From the NCBI RefSeq assembly GCF_964355755.1, contig NC_092677.1, forward strand, positions 24,291,175-24,355,174: a stretch of DNA of 64,000 nt, read 5' to 3'. This DNA comes from Antedon mediterranea (Eukaryota; Animalia; Echinodermata). This document shows, piece after piece, positions 48,966 to 60,700 of this stretch (position 1 is the stretch's first letter; every line of letters starts with the position of its first letter). The notes under the pieces were generated by a model that saw nothing but the letters and a program-made list of their open reading frames with translations, searched no databases and had not been told where the DNA came from. The position numbers and the translations under genes are program-made.

Positions 48966-49576
48966 CGCTTATTGCGATAATTGGTTTTTTAAAAATAAAA
49001 AATAAGTTGATTTTAATAATTGAAGTGCCCCGTTATAAATACATGGTGTATTACGCACGGATTGATATAGAAAATAACGAAAGAACCGCAATTTTCCAGT
49101 GAGAATACCGGGTATTTCATGATTTATTGAATTCTGCTAACAAAAGACAATTAAACGAAAAAACGCGAGACTTATTCAGATTTAAATACTGTTGTTGACT
49201 GATCACATTCGGAAATCAACTTCTATAAGTTACATCTATAACTGTTCTACTCCTTGTTCAAAGTTGGAGCACTTCCCAAGTTTAAAGAACTTGGGAGAAT
49301 TGAAGAGTTAAAACAAAAGTTTCATGTCATGTCATTTTTGGAGCCACATTACTTTTTTTTTAACTATTCCTGTAGCAATTTATTTAAAATATAATGGTGT
49401 TTTTTTAAACAACAATTACTATTCATACAAATTTTGTTAGATTTTCTTTGTGTTTTTTTAAATACTTTCTGCTGGTACACTTCTATAAACAGACTGTGGA
49501 ATATTAATAAGCTTCGTTTATTATGATGAGTAATACTCGTGTTTAAATACAACTAACGACAACAAGAGTACTAACA

Positions 49577-50035
49577 TGGACGTTATTTAGGCCTAGCTAG
49601 GCTTAGTTTTGTAGGTCTAGCTGGTAAACATCGGTAGTAACGTTAGGCTTAGTTTTGTAGGTCTAGCTGGTAAACATCGTTAACATACGAAGACCGTACG
49701 CTAGCTATAGGCCTAGTCTGAAGTTGTATAGTTGCTGCATTAATTTCTGTTTTTGCCAGACTCCGTTGATACAAATTGGAGGAAACCTGGTACTGTATTT
49801 TCGCTGAAATGTTAGGAGTCTTCCATTTGTTTTGGCTTTGCGAACGATCGAAAAGTGGGTGAATTACAGAAGAAAAACAAAAATATCAATCCGTGAGCAT
49901 TGCATGTTGGGATTTATAGCGGGCCGCTAAAATGATTAGAATCGACTTATTTAAAAAAAAGTTATCTCAATAGGACCATACGGTATTTATTTTTACATTA
50001 TGTGTAGTTTGTGACCTTAAATTAGATCTAAAATA
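49577..50035 (+). mobile_element. 5'-truncated copy of the Kolobok-like family
   Basis: Colinear with ~56248-56686. Carries an internal tandem duplication of ggcttagttttgtaggtctagctggtaaacatcg. Confidence 0.8.
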
Positions 50036-51469
50036 CAAACATTGCATTCAGTTTTATAAAACACATAGTGTTTCTAGTATTTATTTTTTTACTATAAGGG
50101 GGAGGAATAATTGTATTATTGAGTAATTCGATCAAGAGCTGTAATTGGTAGAGTTGATAGTGTTATACCAAGGCCAATTTGTAGGCTAAATTGTGTAGCA
50201 GTATTTATGGTATGTTGGCGAGAATATGCCATTGTTAATTATATTTAACTTAAGAGATAATTCTGTTTTTATGTAGTTTAATAATGTAGCTAATGTAGTT
50301 AGGTGATCCATGTCTGAGGTCCAGGCCAAATGTCAATGGTTAAACTTGTATAAATGCTGCTGCACTGGGCTTTTTAATGACCACCAATAATTGTAAAAGG
50401 CACTGCAAAGTCAAGGTATATTCAATATGGCTTCTTTCCTGTAGCGCTAAAACCTTCATGAAGACGGAATTTTTCAGTAAAATAAATTCTTCGACCAAGT
50501 ATGAATTTATTCGTGCAAGCATATTTATAGTTTCAAAGCAGTAAACTTGCTTATTATTTGTATGTGCTTAAAAATGCTTACTAAACAATTGTTAATTTAA
50601 GGTTTATTTTACATTAAACAAACTGAAGGACGGTCCATTATGTGCGCACAATGGATTAAACCAATTTCTAATTTTCTGTACTTTAAGTGAATAAGGTAAG
50701 CATATTACGACATTTAATATTTAGCATACAGTAACAATTTAAACACATAGCTAACTACGGATAATTTAATTTTTTCGTTTGCGTCTATAATGCGTTAAAA
50801 GGTACGCAATTCAACCAATGTGTGTAATTAAATTAATAATCTGACTGAAAAATATGATCATCTTAAACAAAAAATAGACATAACTGGTCTTGTCGCGCAA
50901 AAATAATCATAATGCGTTATTATTATACCTATACATACCTCAGTTACACTCATCTATATTCTATCATTACAATTCATCTCGAAGAAGGAGCTCTCGGGAA
51001 AAAAGTAAGATTGTTCAAAAACTTTAAAATATTAAAACTTAAAAGTGCGCATCGCATCAACTTTCTGTAAGAACAACACACAGAAAAATGGTGAAGTAAA
51101 CAAACTGAAATTTCTTTTGAAATAAAAGATGGCTAGCCCAAGATTGATACTAAGATGTATCAATACTATGGGTACAGCCTTTTAGCACCAAGCATATAAC
51201 GCGGAAACTGGCAACTGTAATGGGCGAATTGATGAAAACTAAACCCAACTCACTAACCAAGGTCAAGCCTTACTGCTGGATTGGTATGAGAAACTAGTTT
51301 TGTACCCACGATGAATTCCGTGATTTCTTAACTTCAGTTTTAACCTGTTGCGTCAAACCTAATCGTACACCTCAACAGGTCATGTTGTAAAAGATGTGAT
51401 AATACATATTGTTAGAATTCTTACCATTTAAAAGCAGCAAGCCCAGGAAACGTATCTTCTAATTATTTT

Positions 51470-52560
51470 GTCGTCTACGATCGCTCGTCATCCGTCTCGT
51501 CGCAGAAAAGCTTACCACAGGCCGCGCGTACCGTACTCAAGTTGCATGACGTCACTAGCTTAAGAATTTGCGCCCTCAATAAAGTTTATCCAATTATTGT
51601 TAATTAAAAAATAAAGTTTATTAACGCCATCGATATGACATATACTTCCGGTAATTGGTCAATTACACAATTAAAATTATGCCCACTGTCTATAAATAAT
51701 TGATTAGAGAAATAATTAAGTTGATTTATTCTTTGATTTTGATAACTGGACCAGCATTTTGAGAATGAGTGTACCGGTATTCAAAACTTAGATGCATTAG
51801 TTCCTAATTTTTTCAGAATAGCAAATGTAGACAAACATATGGCAAGTGAATTTATTAAGGCTGTTCGAAATAATGCAACCGAACAAAATGCGTTTTGATA
51901 ATCAGATGTACGTAACATTCATTCAAGTTTTGTACGATTCATGATCCAGGCGCGTGAAAATAAATTGAATCTTGCAAGTTATATTTTCAAAATTACTATT
52001 TTTTGTTAAGCGTGTCATTTTCATGACAGTTTGCGGCGAAAAAGCTAATAGCTCACTAAAAAATTCCACTGCGCATGTACGTTCTAATTTATTATAAGTC
52101 AGCACGCGCCATATAGTTTAGTAAGTAATTATCCAATCAGATTGCTTGAAAGCACTAGCGTACTGAAGGCGCTTTCAGTATGCGTCCAATAGAACGCGAT
52201 TACAGTTTGTGGCAATTTGTTTAGTAAGTGTTATTCGTACTAGTTGGCTCAGCCGATAGCTACAGTGTGCGCCGGATGGTTGGTTTTTTAAATACTAATT
52301 AGGCAATATCTCTTTTTTTCTGTTATATCTTTTAATTCTATGTCTCACAAACAGCATTGAACCAATCATTTCAAACAAAGATGTATTGTACTTCCTAATC
52401 CCGTTGCTAATCCAATTCTATTATAAAAACATGAGTCACTTCAGCAATGCTTTCAATATGGCTTCAGAAAATTGACCAATCAAAACTGCCAATTTAAAGC
52501 CGTGCCCCTTTAGCCAATCACCACATGTTGCCCAGCCAACCACACCCAGCATACCTCACT
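51470..52560. promoter_or_regulatory. CpG-enriched promoter-like region
   Basis: Full CRE TGACGTCA (51547-51554), Ets/GABP ACTTCCGG (51644-51651), CCAAT boxes at 52133, 52186, 52362, 52476 and 52514, and a minus-strand donor gtaag at 51515-51511. Confidence 0.4.
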
Positions 52561-52976
52561 GTATATGAACATATAGTGTATATATTACAATTCTTGTGTG
52601 AAAATGTAGAAATCATCGTTTCGGTAAATTATTTTGAATAGAAATGGCAGCAATGTTGGTAAACAATGTTAGATGTTTCGTAATTCAATATCTACTGTAG
52701 CACTCTTTAACAGATTTTTTTTTTTCTCATTCTAACATAACATTGTCTCATTAAAACAATATAATACACTGAAAGATTACTAAATAAAATTTATATTTAC
52801 ATGTAATTGATAAACTGTAATAAATATTTTACTTTGATGTTTTTAGGTTCATAAACAACGTTGAACAATATATCGCTTTAACGCATTATTGCCCCTTGTA
52901 CAAAGTGACTGTCCACTTAATAAATACATATTTTCCGTAAATAGGGTTATCTCAAAGGTGGGGTTCAACTCTAGTT

Positions 52977-53320
52977 GTGAGCGAGTGGCCGAGCTGTTAA
53001 GACAGTGGAATGGTAATCCATAGCCATAACATCGACAAGGGTTCGAGGCTCACTCGCTCGATGGTTCTGGTGGTAGAACAAGTCTTCTCGGATAAGCATA
53101 TTGCTTGTGTGCACTTTAAAGAACCTAGTACATCTTTTGAGACGAGTAGGGGGCTACCCCGGTGTACTAGTTCATACACACACTGTCGTGGACAGACGTA
53201 GTGGTGCCGTAGTTGCCTGCCGATGACACAATGTGACCCTTAGGGGAGAAGAATGTTGTTGAAAAGGTGAAAAATCATCTGATCTTCATGAAATAGCGCT
53301 ATATAAATGTTACATTACAT
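52977..53320 (+). mobile_element. tRNA-derived Deu/Nin-type SINE, second subfamily
   Basis: A box TGGCCGAGCTG, B box GGTTCGAGGCT, shared core gaacaagtcttctcggataag...ctttaaagaacc...gagtagggggctaccccggtg. Ends gcgctatataaatgttacattacat, resembling LINE-derived SINE tails. Confidence 0.85.
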
Positions 53321-53594
53321 GCAACACACCTGATTGTATTCTTGCAATTTGATTGGTTAAATTACGCATCATTTGTCATTTGCCCTACCGAAAAGTGATA
53401 TCTAATGGAAATCAACTTGTTTTGTTCGCGCCACCTATAACTGTTCTACTCCGTATCTAAAGTTGGAGCACTGTATATAGCCTAGCTTCCCGGCCTAGAT
53501 TCGTCAATGATTTACCATGGATTAAATTAGAGCAGTCAATTTTTTAACTATCCAACTTACAAACATTTATTATTGTATATAAATATTTATCCTA

Positions 53595-54129
53595 AGCCTG
53601 TTTTCCAGTCAACATTGAGTTGCGGCGAGTTGCGTTGAATTCCCTTGAATTGACCGGATTCAACGATTTTACAGGAAAAGGCGTTAAAAAAAATAAAAAA
53701 TAATCAAAATCTGCAATCGTTGAAGTTGAATCGAGTTCAACTTCATTGTTAAAACTGACCAATCAAATGATTAACAAATCATGTCATTGCAGTTTGTGAA
53801 AAAATAGGTACGCGCTGGTATGCGCTAACAATTTTTGAATTGGTGTCTTTAGTGCAAGTCTAGATTAAGAAATCAGCATATACGTAAAGAACAGAGGACT
53901 TTTTCAATATTAACACGGGCCCGGATGCGTGTAGTGGACCTTCGGTTTGCAACACTTCATGTGAGCAGCAACACTTGATAGAACAAAAAAAACCATGAAC
54001 GATAGCGTAAAAATGTGTAAATATTAGCGATCTGACTTGATCATCGTTATCGTTATTTATTTTTCAACTTTAACGATTTGAAAATTCAATGCAACTTGCC
54101 GCAACTCAACGTTGACTGGAAAACCGGCT
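53595..54129. mobile_element. MITE with ~47-bp TIRs (PIF/Harbinger-like termini)
   Basis: agcctgttttccagtcaacattgagttgcggcgagttgcgttgaatt pairs with aattcaatgcaacttgccgcaactcaacgttgactggaaaaccggct. A solo end of the same family lies at ~57925-57989. Confidence 0.8.
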
Positions 54130-54254
54130 GTAATATCCTAATTTATTATTTATTTATGAAAATATCAACAAACAAAAATTTTATGCGAATTAGTTAAATT
54201 AAGGTTACCTTGATATAGTTTTATGTATTTGGTTTCTTACAACATTTGCATAAA

Positions 54255-54410
54255 TTTAAGTTTTAGCTCAAACTATGACTGTGATCGGTTTTAAGTGCAA
54301 ATCTCTCAGAATATTAACCTCACCATCTTGTAGCACTGTAATATCATGATTATTTGCATGCACAAGTTTTGCATAGAAATGAATATTTCCAGTTGATTGT
54401 TAATTATTAT
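54255..54410 (-). pseudogene. Decayed tandem duplicate of the 3' part of the TCAIM last exon
   Basis: Colinear with ~54432-54600. Minus-strand remnant reads IINNQLEIFISMQNL../TVLQDGEVNILRDLH versus LIDNKLPLSVSMQDL..TVLRDGEVYIPWDLH, with a frameshift. Confidence 0.75.
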
Positions 54411-54475
54411 ACGGTAAAAGAATTACGTATTTTTAAGTTTTAGCTCAAACTACGACGAAAATGGTTTAAGTAAGT

Positions 54476-54713
54476 TTAAGTAATGTGCAAATCCCATGGA
54501 ATATAAACTTCACCATCTCGTAGCACCGTATAGTAGCGTGATATTCGTATACGCAAGTCTTGCATAGAAACAGATAGTGGCAGTTTATTGTCAATTAATC
54601 TGTTTAATCCCTTATTAACTTGATCTTCTGTTAGAGATACATCAACTTCTAAACTCCTCAAGTTGTAGTTCTTAATGCATTGGGCAAACAACCTCTTCTT
54701 ATTTGCTTGAAGC
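54476..54713 (-). CDS. TCAIM: TCAIM exon 9 (terminal)
   Basis: Acceptor ttatag at 54714; ...SRYYTVLRDGEVYIPWDLHIT*. Confidence 0.9.
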
Positions 54714-57700
54714 CTATAATTAAAAAAACATTATTGTTTATCCAACAGAACAACTGGCATACATGTGACCACAAACTGTGGATTTACATTACTGCAGTGT
54801 ACTAAAACACTGGCATATGCTGAACTTTTTATGGGCCGTTAACATTTTGACACTTAGCTAGCGTATCAAAATACTCTTGATATGTTACGGGTAAGTTTAG
54901 AACACGTTGAAACATGCTGTCGACGTAAGATCAAGAATGTTTCGTACGATTCTTACATCAATGACGTTTGTCAAGTTCGTGTCGGGCCACACGAAAACTG
55001 CTGTAGATAATGCCGCTCCCGAAAGTGAACATTTTGAGTTTGAAATTCACGACTCAAGTTTACAACAATTTTAGTGTTGTTACGAAAGTTGAAATTTCAC
55101 AAAATACATTCAACTACGTCGGTCAGATTTATGACGATTGGAAGCATCACTTCTGATTGGTGTTTGAGCGTGTTTTCTTAAGTTTTGCGCGAATTTTTAT
55201 TTCAATAGTACACAATAGGTATAACAGGTAGACCAACCTATTATGTGTATCCCCCTACACAAGACTATACTAAAGATGCGATGAATGCGATATCATTTTG
55301 TAACAAATACTAAAAAAATAATTCAGTTTAGGGCGAAGGGTATACCTGCAAATGGCGTTGTGTGTCGTTAGAATTTTCTTATGTTGCGTCGATTTCACAA
55401 ATATTTGATCGGAATCCTGTCGAAACTAATGATAAATTGATGTAAAATCGTATCAAAACTGGAATTGTTACGTCGACAGGAAACCAGCCTTAATACGTCA
55501 AGCAGGCCTACTGTACATACGTTGTCGGTACGATTGATTAAACTGCTCATAGATTTACAAATGACAAAGGAACCGAACAAAGAACCCATGGATTTGTATT
55601 TTTTTCATGTCCCCAACTACTGTAATGGGCAATGCTGAGACTGCATGGCTGGATCTGCTCATGGTATAAAATAGCACTATATGAATGTTACATTATAAAT
55701 GTACCTTGGATAATTGTTTACTTTCTGTAAACATTTTTCTTTATTTTGCACTAAGAAATTAATGACATTCTGAGGTTTTGTTGAAGCTGGAACTACTAAT
55801 TGTCCTGATGCGGTTACAGCTAAATGTCCAATAATCCTACAATAAAAATAAAAAAGGATTACCATATTACTCTGGATGTTATACTTGCCAACTTTTTCCG
55901 TGGCTAATGCGAAAGAAATTAAATTAAAATTGTATATAGCACCCTCTATGTTATAATAAATCAAAATAATCGCAAAATACACCCTCTATGTTTAATTTAA
56001 TTGAGTTAGACTTCCTGTACTACATCACCCATAAAATAAAAAATAAACATATTCCTAGGCTAATTATACTCAAATTAAAGACCCCTTCCCTGCAATTTTG
56101 GACGTTTTTTGGAAAATAATACATATATATCACTTTAAAAACATTAAACCATGTCATTCCTTGTCTTAAATGTACGTTTTATGGTAAATTATGATAAAAA
56201 GTGAGAAACAATGCACTACCTAAGTAGCTCGCGGCGATCGACCTCTCGTGGACGGTCTCAGGCCTAGCCTAGCTAGGCTTAGTTTTGTAGGCCTAGCTGG
56301 TAAACATCGGTAACGTACGAACATCGTACGCTAGCTATATACCTAGCCTGACGTTGTATAGTTGCTGCATTAATTGTCTTTCTATTTTTGCCAGACTCCG
56401 TTGATACAAATTGGGGAAAACCCGGTATTTTCGCTGAAAAGTTAGGAGTCTTCCATTTGTTTTGGCTTCACGATCGATCGAAAAGTGGGCGAATTACAGG
56501 TGAAAAACAACAATATCAATCCGCGCGCAATGCATTTTGGGATTTATAGCGGGCCGCTATAATTATTAAAATCGATTTATTTTTCACATTTTTAACCGTT
56601 TAAAGACGAAAAAAGTTATCGCAATAGGACCATATAGTATTATTTTTACATTAAATATAGTTTGTGATCTTAAATTAGATCTAAAAAACGTAGGGAATGG
56701 GGCTTTAATTAAATAGAAATGGCCACGTTTGCGCGAGGTATAAATCAGCCCTCATGCGAAACTTACGTATTATGTGTGAGAGTTGGCAGGTATATTACAT
56801 ACAGTTATGCAAATGTGGAGTCAAAATGTGCATAGATAGGTAGTGTTTAAAATAAGCCTCATTCAACATTTTGAGAATTTTTATTTTAGATGATTTTGTG
56901 TTAATAACTTATTGTTGCTGAAAAACTACTACAGTACTGGGCAAAAAAATAGAGGGCGCTATATTAGGAAAATTTGTTAGCCGAGAACAAGTTGAAAATT
57001 AAGGTAGATTTAGCAATTACAAATGCTGTACATTACATTGTTGATTTTGTTTTAAAAAAAGGACCTTTGGGCTTGAGGCAACATAACAATCTACTACGCC
57101 TAATTGAAATCAAATAACTTTACCCTTCAACAATGATTTTCAAATCTGTCATTGAGTTGGGTAGGATCACTCTGCCTTCCTTCCAACGACGTCTTGACGA
57201 ATGATAAACTTTAAAATTGCTTAATATTTTCTGTAGTAAAATTGCATAGTCTTCTATTGTTATTCGATGGAAATATTTTTCACGTGAGATAACAGCGTTT
57301 CCGAGGTAACCAGAGAGTTCTCCCTCCATTGCCAATAGGAGGTTCATTTGTGATACTGCGTTCGGCAGGTGCTCAAGAACCTAGACATTAGAATGATGAA
57401 ATCATTTTAGTGAAAATACATACTGTATATGCCATTATTTTCGCGTACAGAATTTTCGTGACTTAGCACTCACTTGACATTTTCGCATGTTCATATTTCC
57501 GTGGACGACATTTTAGTTAAAATTTAATTCTAGCTGAACGTACCTTCAATTACGATCGCTTTGTATTACAAAGGTCAAATAGATGGCCGTTTTCTTGGCA
57601 ATTCTAGGCCTAGACAAGGTGCCGTATACTGACACTGTACTGTAGTTTACATCTACAGTACAAAGTCTATTTAGGCGTTCACTGCAGTTTTATTTACTTT

Positions 57701-60700
57701 TTTTGTATTACATCTTAAACTGCAAAACTGGCACAACAAAAGCATCACCGATTGCGATGACACTGACTGAAGATGATATGTTATAAGCGTGTGTAAATTC
57801 TCTTTCATGTTTCGCGGTAAGGTTCCCAATCACGAAAATTAAACCACCATGAAATATTTCATAGTATGCTCAAGTTCAGTTTGTACAGTTTTTTTCAATC
57901 AGTGATTTTTACCCCCCTTTCCTAAGATTGTTGAATCCAGTCAATTCAACGCAACTAGTCGCAACTCAACGTCGACTGGAAAACAGGCTTTATCAGATGT
58001 ACTGGAAAATGCCCACCAAACTCTCTCGATAATCTCCCAAATATTTCAAGTCTTCCTATTCCCACTAAGGGTAAAATTTCACCGGATTCTTCTGGTTATA
58101 GAAAGAAAACATGCCTATAAGTTCTCGCTATGTCACCATACTGCTTTGTGGAAAGGTATGTGCAGCACTCAACACTATTTGTAGTTTACTAAAGGCGAAA
58201 AATGTTTCATTATTACGATGCCGGACTGATTACTTAAATAGCACCCTTTATGGTTTTGCTTACTTACTCGAGACCAATATTGCGGTACAGACTCATTTGA
58301 CAGTAAAATAAAACCCTCTTTACAAATTCCTGTAATAGAACCAAAAATGAGTTCTTTATCTGAAAAAAAACAACAATTATAATAGTTGGAACAAAGCAGA
58401 GAAATCATAAATCCAATTTAAATACTTGCATAGGCCGAATTTCTATTTCTAAAATGTTTAAAACTTGCCGTTATATTAAACTTAGACACAGCATTGACAA
58501 AAGTAACCTTAAGTTGTTTTCCCCCCAAGATTAATGTACAATTTATTTGGGAATACACAATTGTGGTATGCTGTACCCTAACCACTAAGCTGCAATGAGT
58601 CCACCGTTCAGCCTAAAGCTTGGTTCCCACTAGCGACGCAACGTAAACAAATTCCCTTCCAATAAATGTGTTTGCCTCCGCCTGCATGAAATCAAACCTG
58701 CGATGTTGCATCGTTGGTTCCCACTTTTGATTATGCAATACAGCACTTTGTGTCATTAGTCTCTGTGTAACATTGCGTTGCGTTCTAGTGTGAACCACGA
58801 TTTAGTTATTTACACGGGTATGTTGACTTTATGGACAATTTATTGCTAACTTTGTGGGTAGATCACCAACATCTAAACTGACTGACTTAAAACTGACCTC
58901 TAATGTACGATGCATAAGACGGATTTTCCTCAATGATCTTCCTGATTGAGCTAAGTGACATTCGGAATGCACCGATATTCCAATCACTTTCCCATCTAAT
59001 ATCTCTCAAATGGTACCGGTTACAAAGCTCAGATCGTAAATTTTCTGCATCATCTCGTATCAACTGACTCTTTTCCAGTCTCCTAAGAGCTCTCTGCCTG
59101 TTCTTTGTCAGCCACGATCTAAATAAAAATAGGAGATTCATCGTAAAATGTGATTAGTGAATTGTTTTGCACCTTTTTTGAAATGGGAGAAAAGCGGTTT
59201 AGAAAGTCTACTGCCTACAATAAAATCTAGAATTTTTTGGGGGAGTAAAAGGTAGCCTGTTAAAATAAACAGTCCCAGTTACTGGATAGCATCTACTTGG
59301 ACTTAACGTGACTGGTTGTTATTGAAAAGTGGAAGATCTTGTCGACATAGCACATAATCAATTTTGTTATAAACAAATTAAGTCAAAGTCAAATTCTTTA
59401 TTCATCCAACTTGGGGCAATTTAAAAAACAGGACTGAAGTAATATAAAAAAAAACATACCATAGTAATAATCATTAAAAATCATCTTATATCTATAAGAT
59501 ATTCCATTTATATAATTCCATATTCATCCTTTGTCATATTAATAATACTATGGCCCATAAACAAATCATGAAAAAGGACATTTTCAGTGTTTTTAACTAA
59601 AATTTGTTTGTCAGAAAAAGATAAACTATTTCACTATGAGTATCCGGTAATTTTAGGACATACATTACTTTACGTTTAAGTTGTAGAACCAACATATAAA
59701 AGAAAAGGTTGAAAAGCTTTCAACAAATGAGTTAAAAAACATTTTTAAAATACATTTAAAATTTATTTATTTCAAAAAATAAAAGGTTATGCAACATGTA
59801 AAAAAATAACAAAAATAAACATAATTATAATAAACTGTTATCCTCTCATTCTTATGGTTTATTGTCAAATACAATAAATTCAAAATTAATAAAGCACTCA
59901 CTCTAAAGTTTGTTTTGATCTTGCAGGGGGTGTGGCATCGCCAGGTTTTTGTTTGTTTGCATATGCATAGTAAGTATGGTCCCATTTGATTGGACGTGAA
60001 TATACTTGGGATCGATGTGCGCCTTTTTTCACCAAGCTTTTTAGGTGGTCAGTTTTCAGGTGGCATGTACGAAGAATTTGGGAAACTGTCGACTGAACAT
60101 CTTGCGAGAACAGTTTGATTGTAACTGCTTGTGTGTAGACAGTAACATGATTTTCTATAAATACAAATACAAAAGTAGTTGTTGAGAAGGGAGTACAGTA
60201 AACCATTTGCTGTTTCTGCTGCGAAAAAATATTATTATGCTGCGAAAATGTGAATTAATTATTAAACTCCAATTTCTTTGCATCAAAAACAGGACATATT
60301 TTCAGTAAGCGGTTAAATGGCAGCCTGAAAATAACTGTAAAAAACACACAATCGATTGAATGTTAAAACACCATTTAACTGGTTATTGCAGTGCAACTTT
60401 TAGTTGCAACGCAAAATAACGGTTATTTGATTGACAGCCGCTGACCTTGAGTCAACTACACTGTAGTAACGTTTGAATTGACCGCCAGAGCCCATTACAT
60501 TTTGGGTACTGCTAACCTACTGATTTAAATAGTATTTTAGGCGCAATAACTGAGCAGAAATGCAGTCAATATAAAAATTATATTTTAGATCTTTTTTTTA
60601 GTTTATTTGTTTACAAAGATCCTAATTTGCCAAAATTTGTAACTTATGGATTTCTGAAAAAAAAAACCAAGAAAGATTATAACTTCAGATTGAATAGCAT

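Noticed and set aside
57420-57865. Possible degenerate TACTGTA/ttttcgcg-type MITE in a TCAIM intron
   Set aside because: Termini too decayed to define boundaries by eye.
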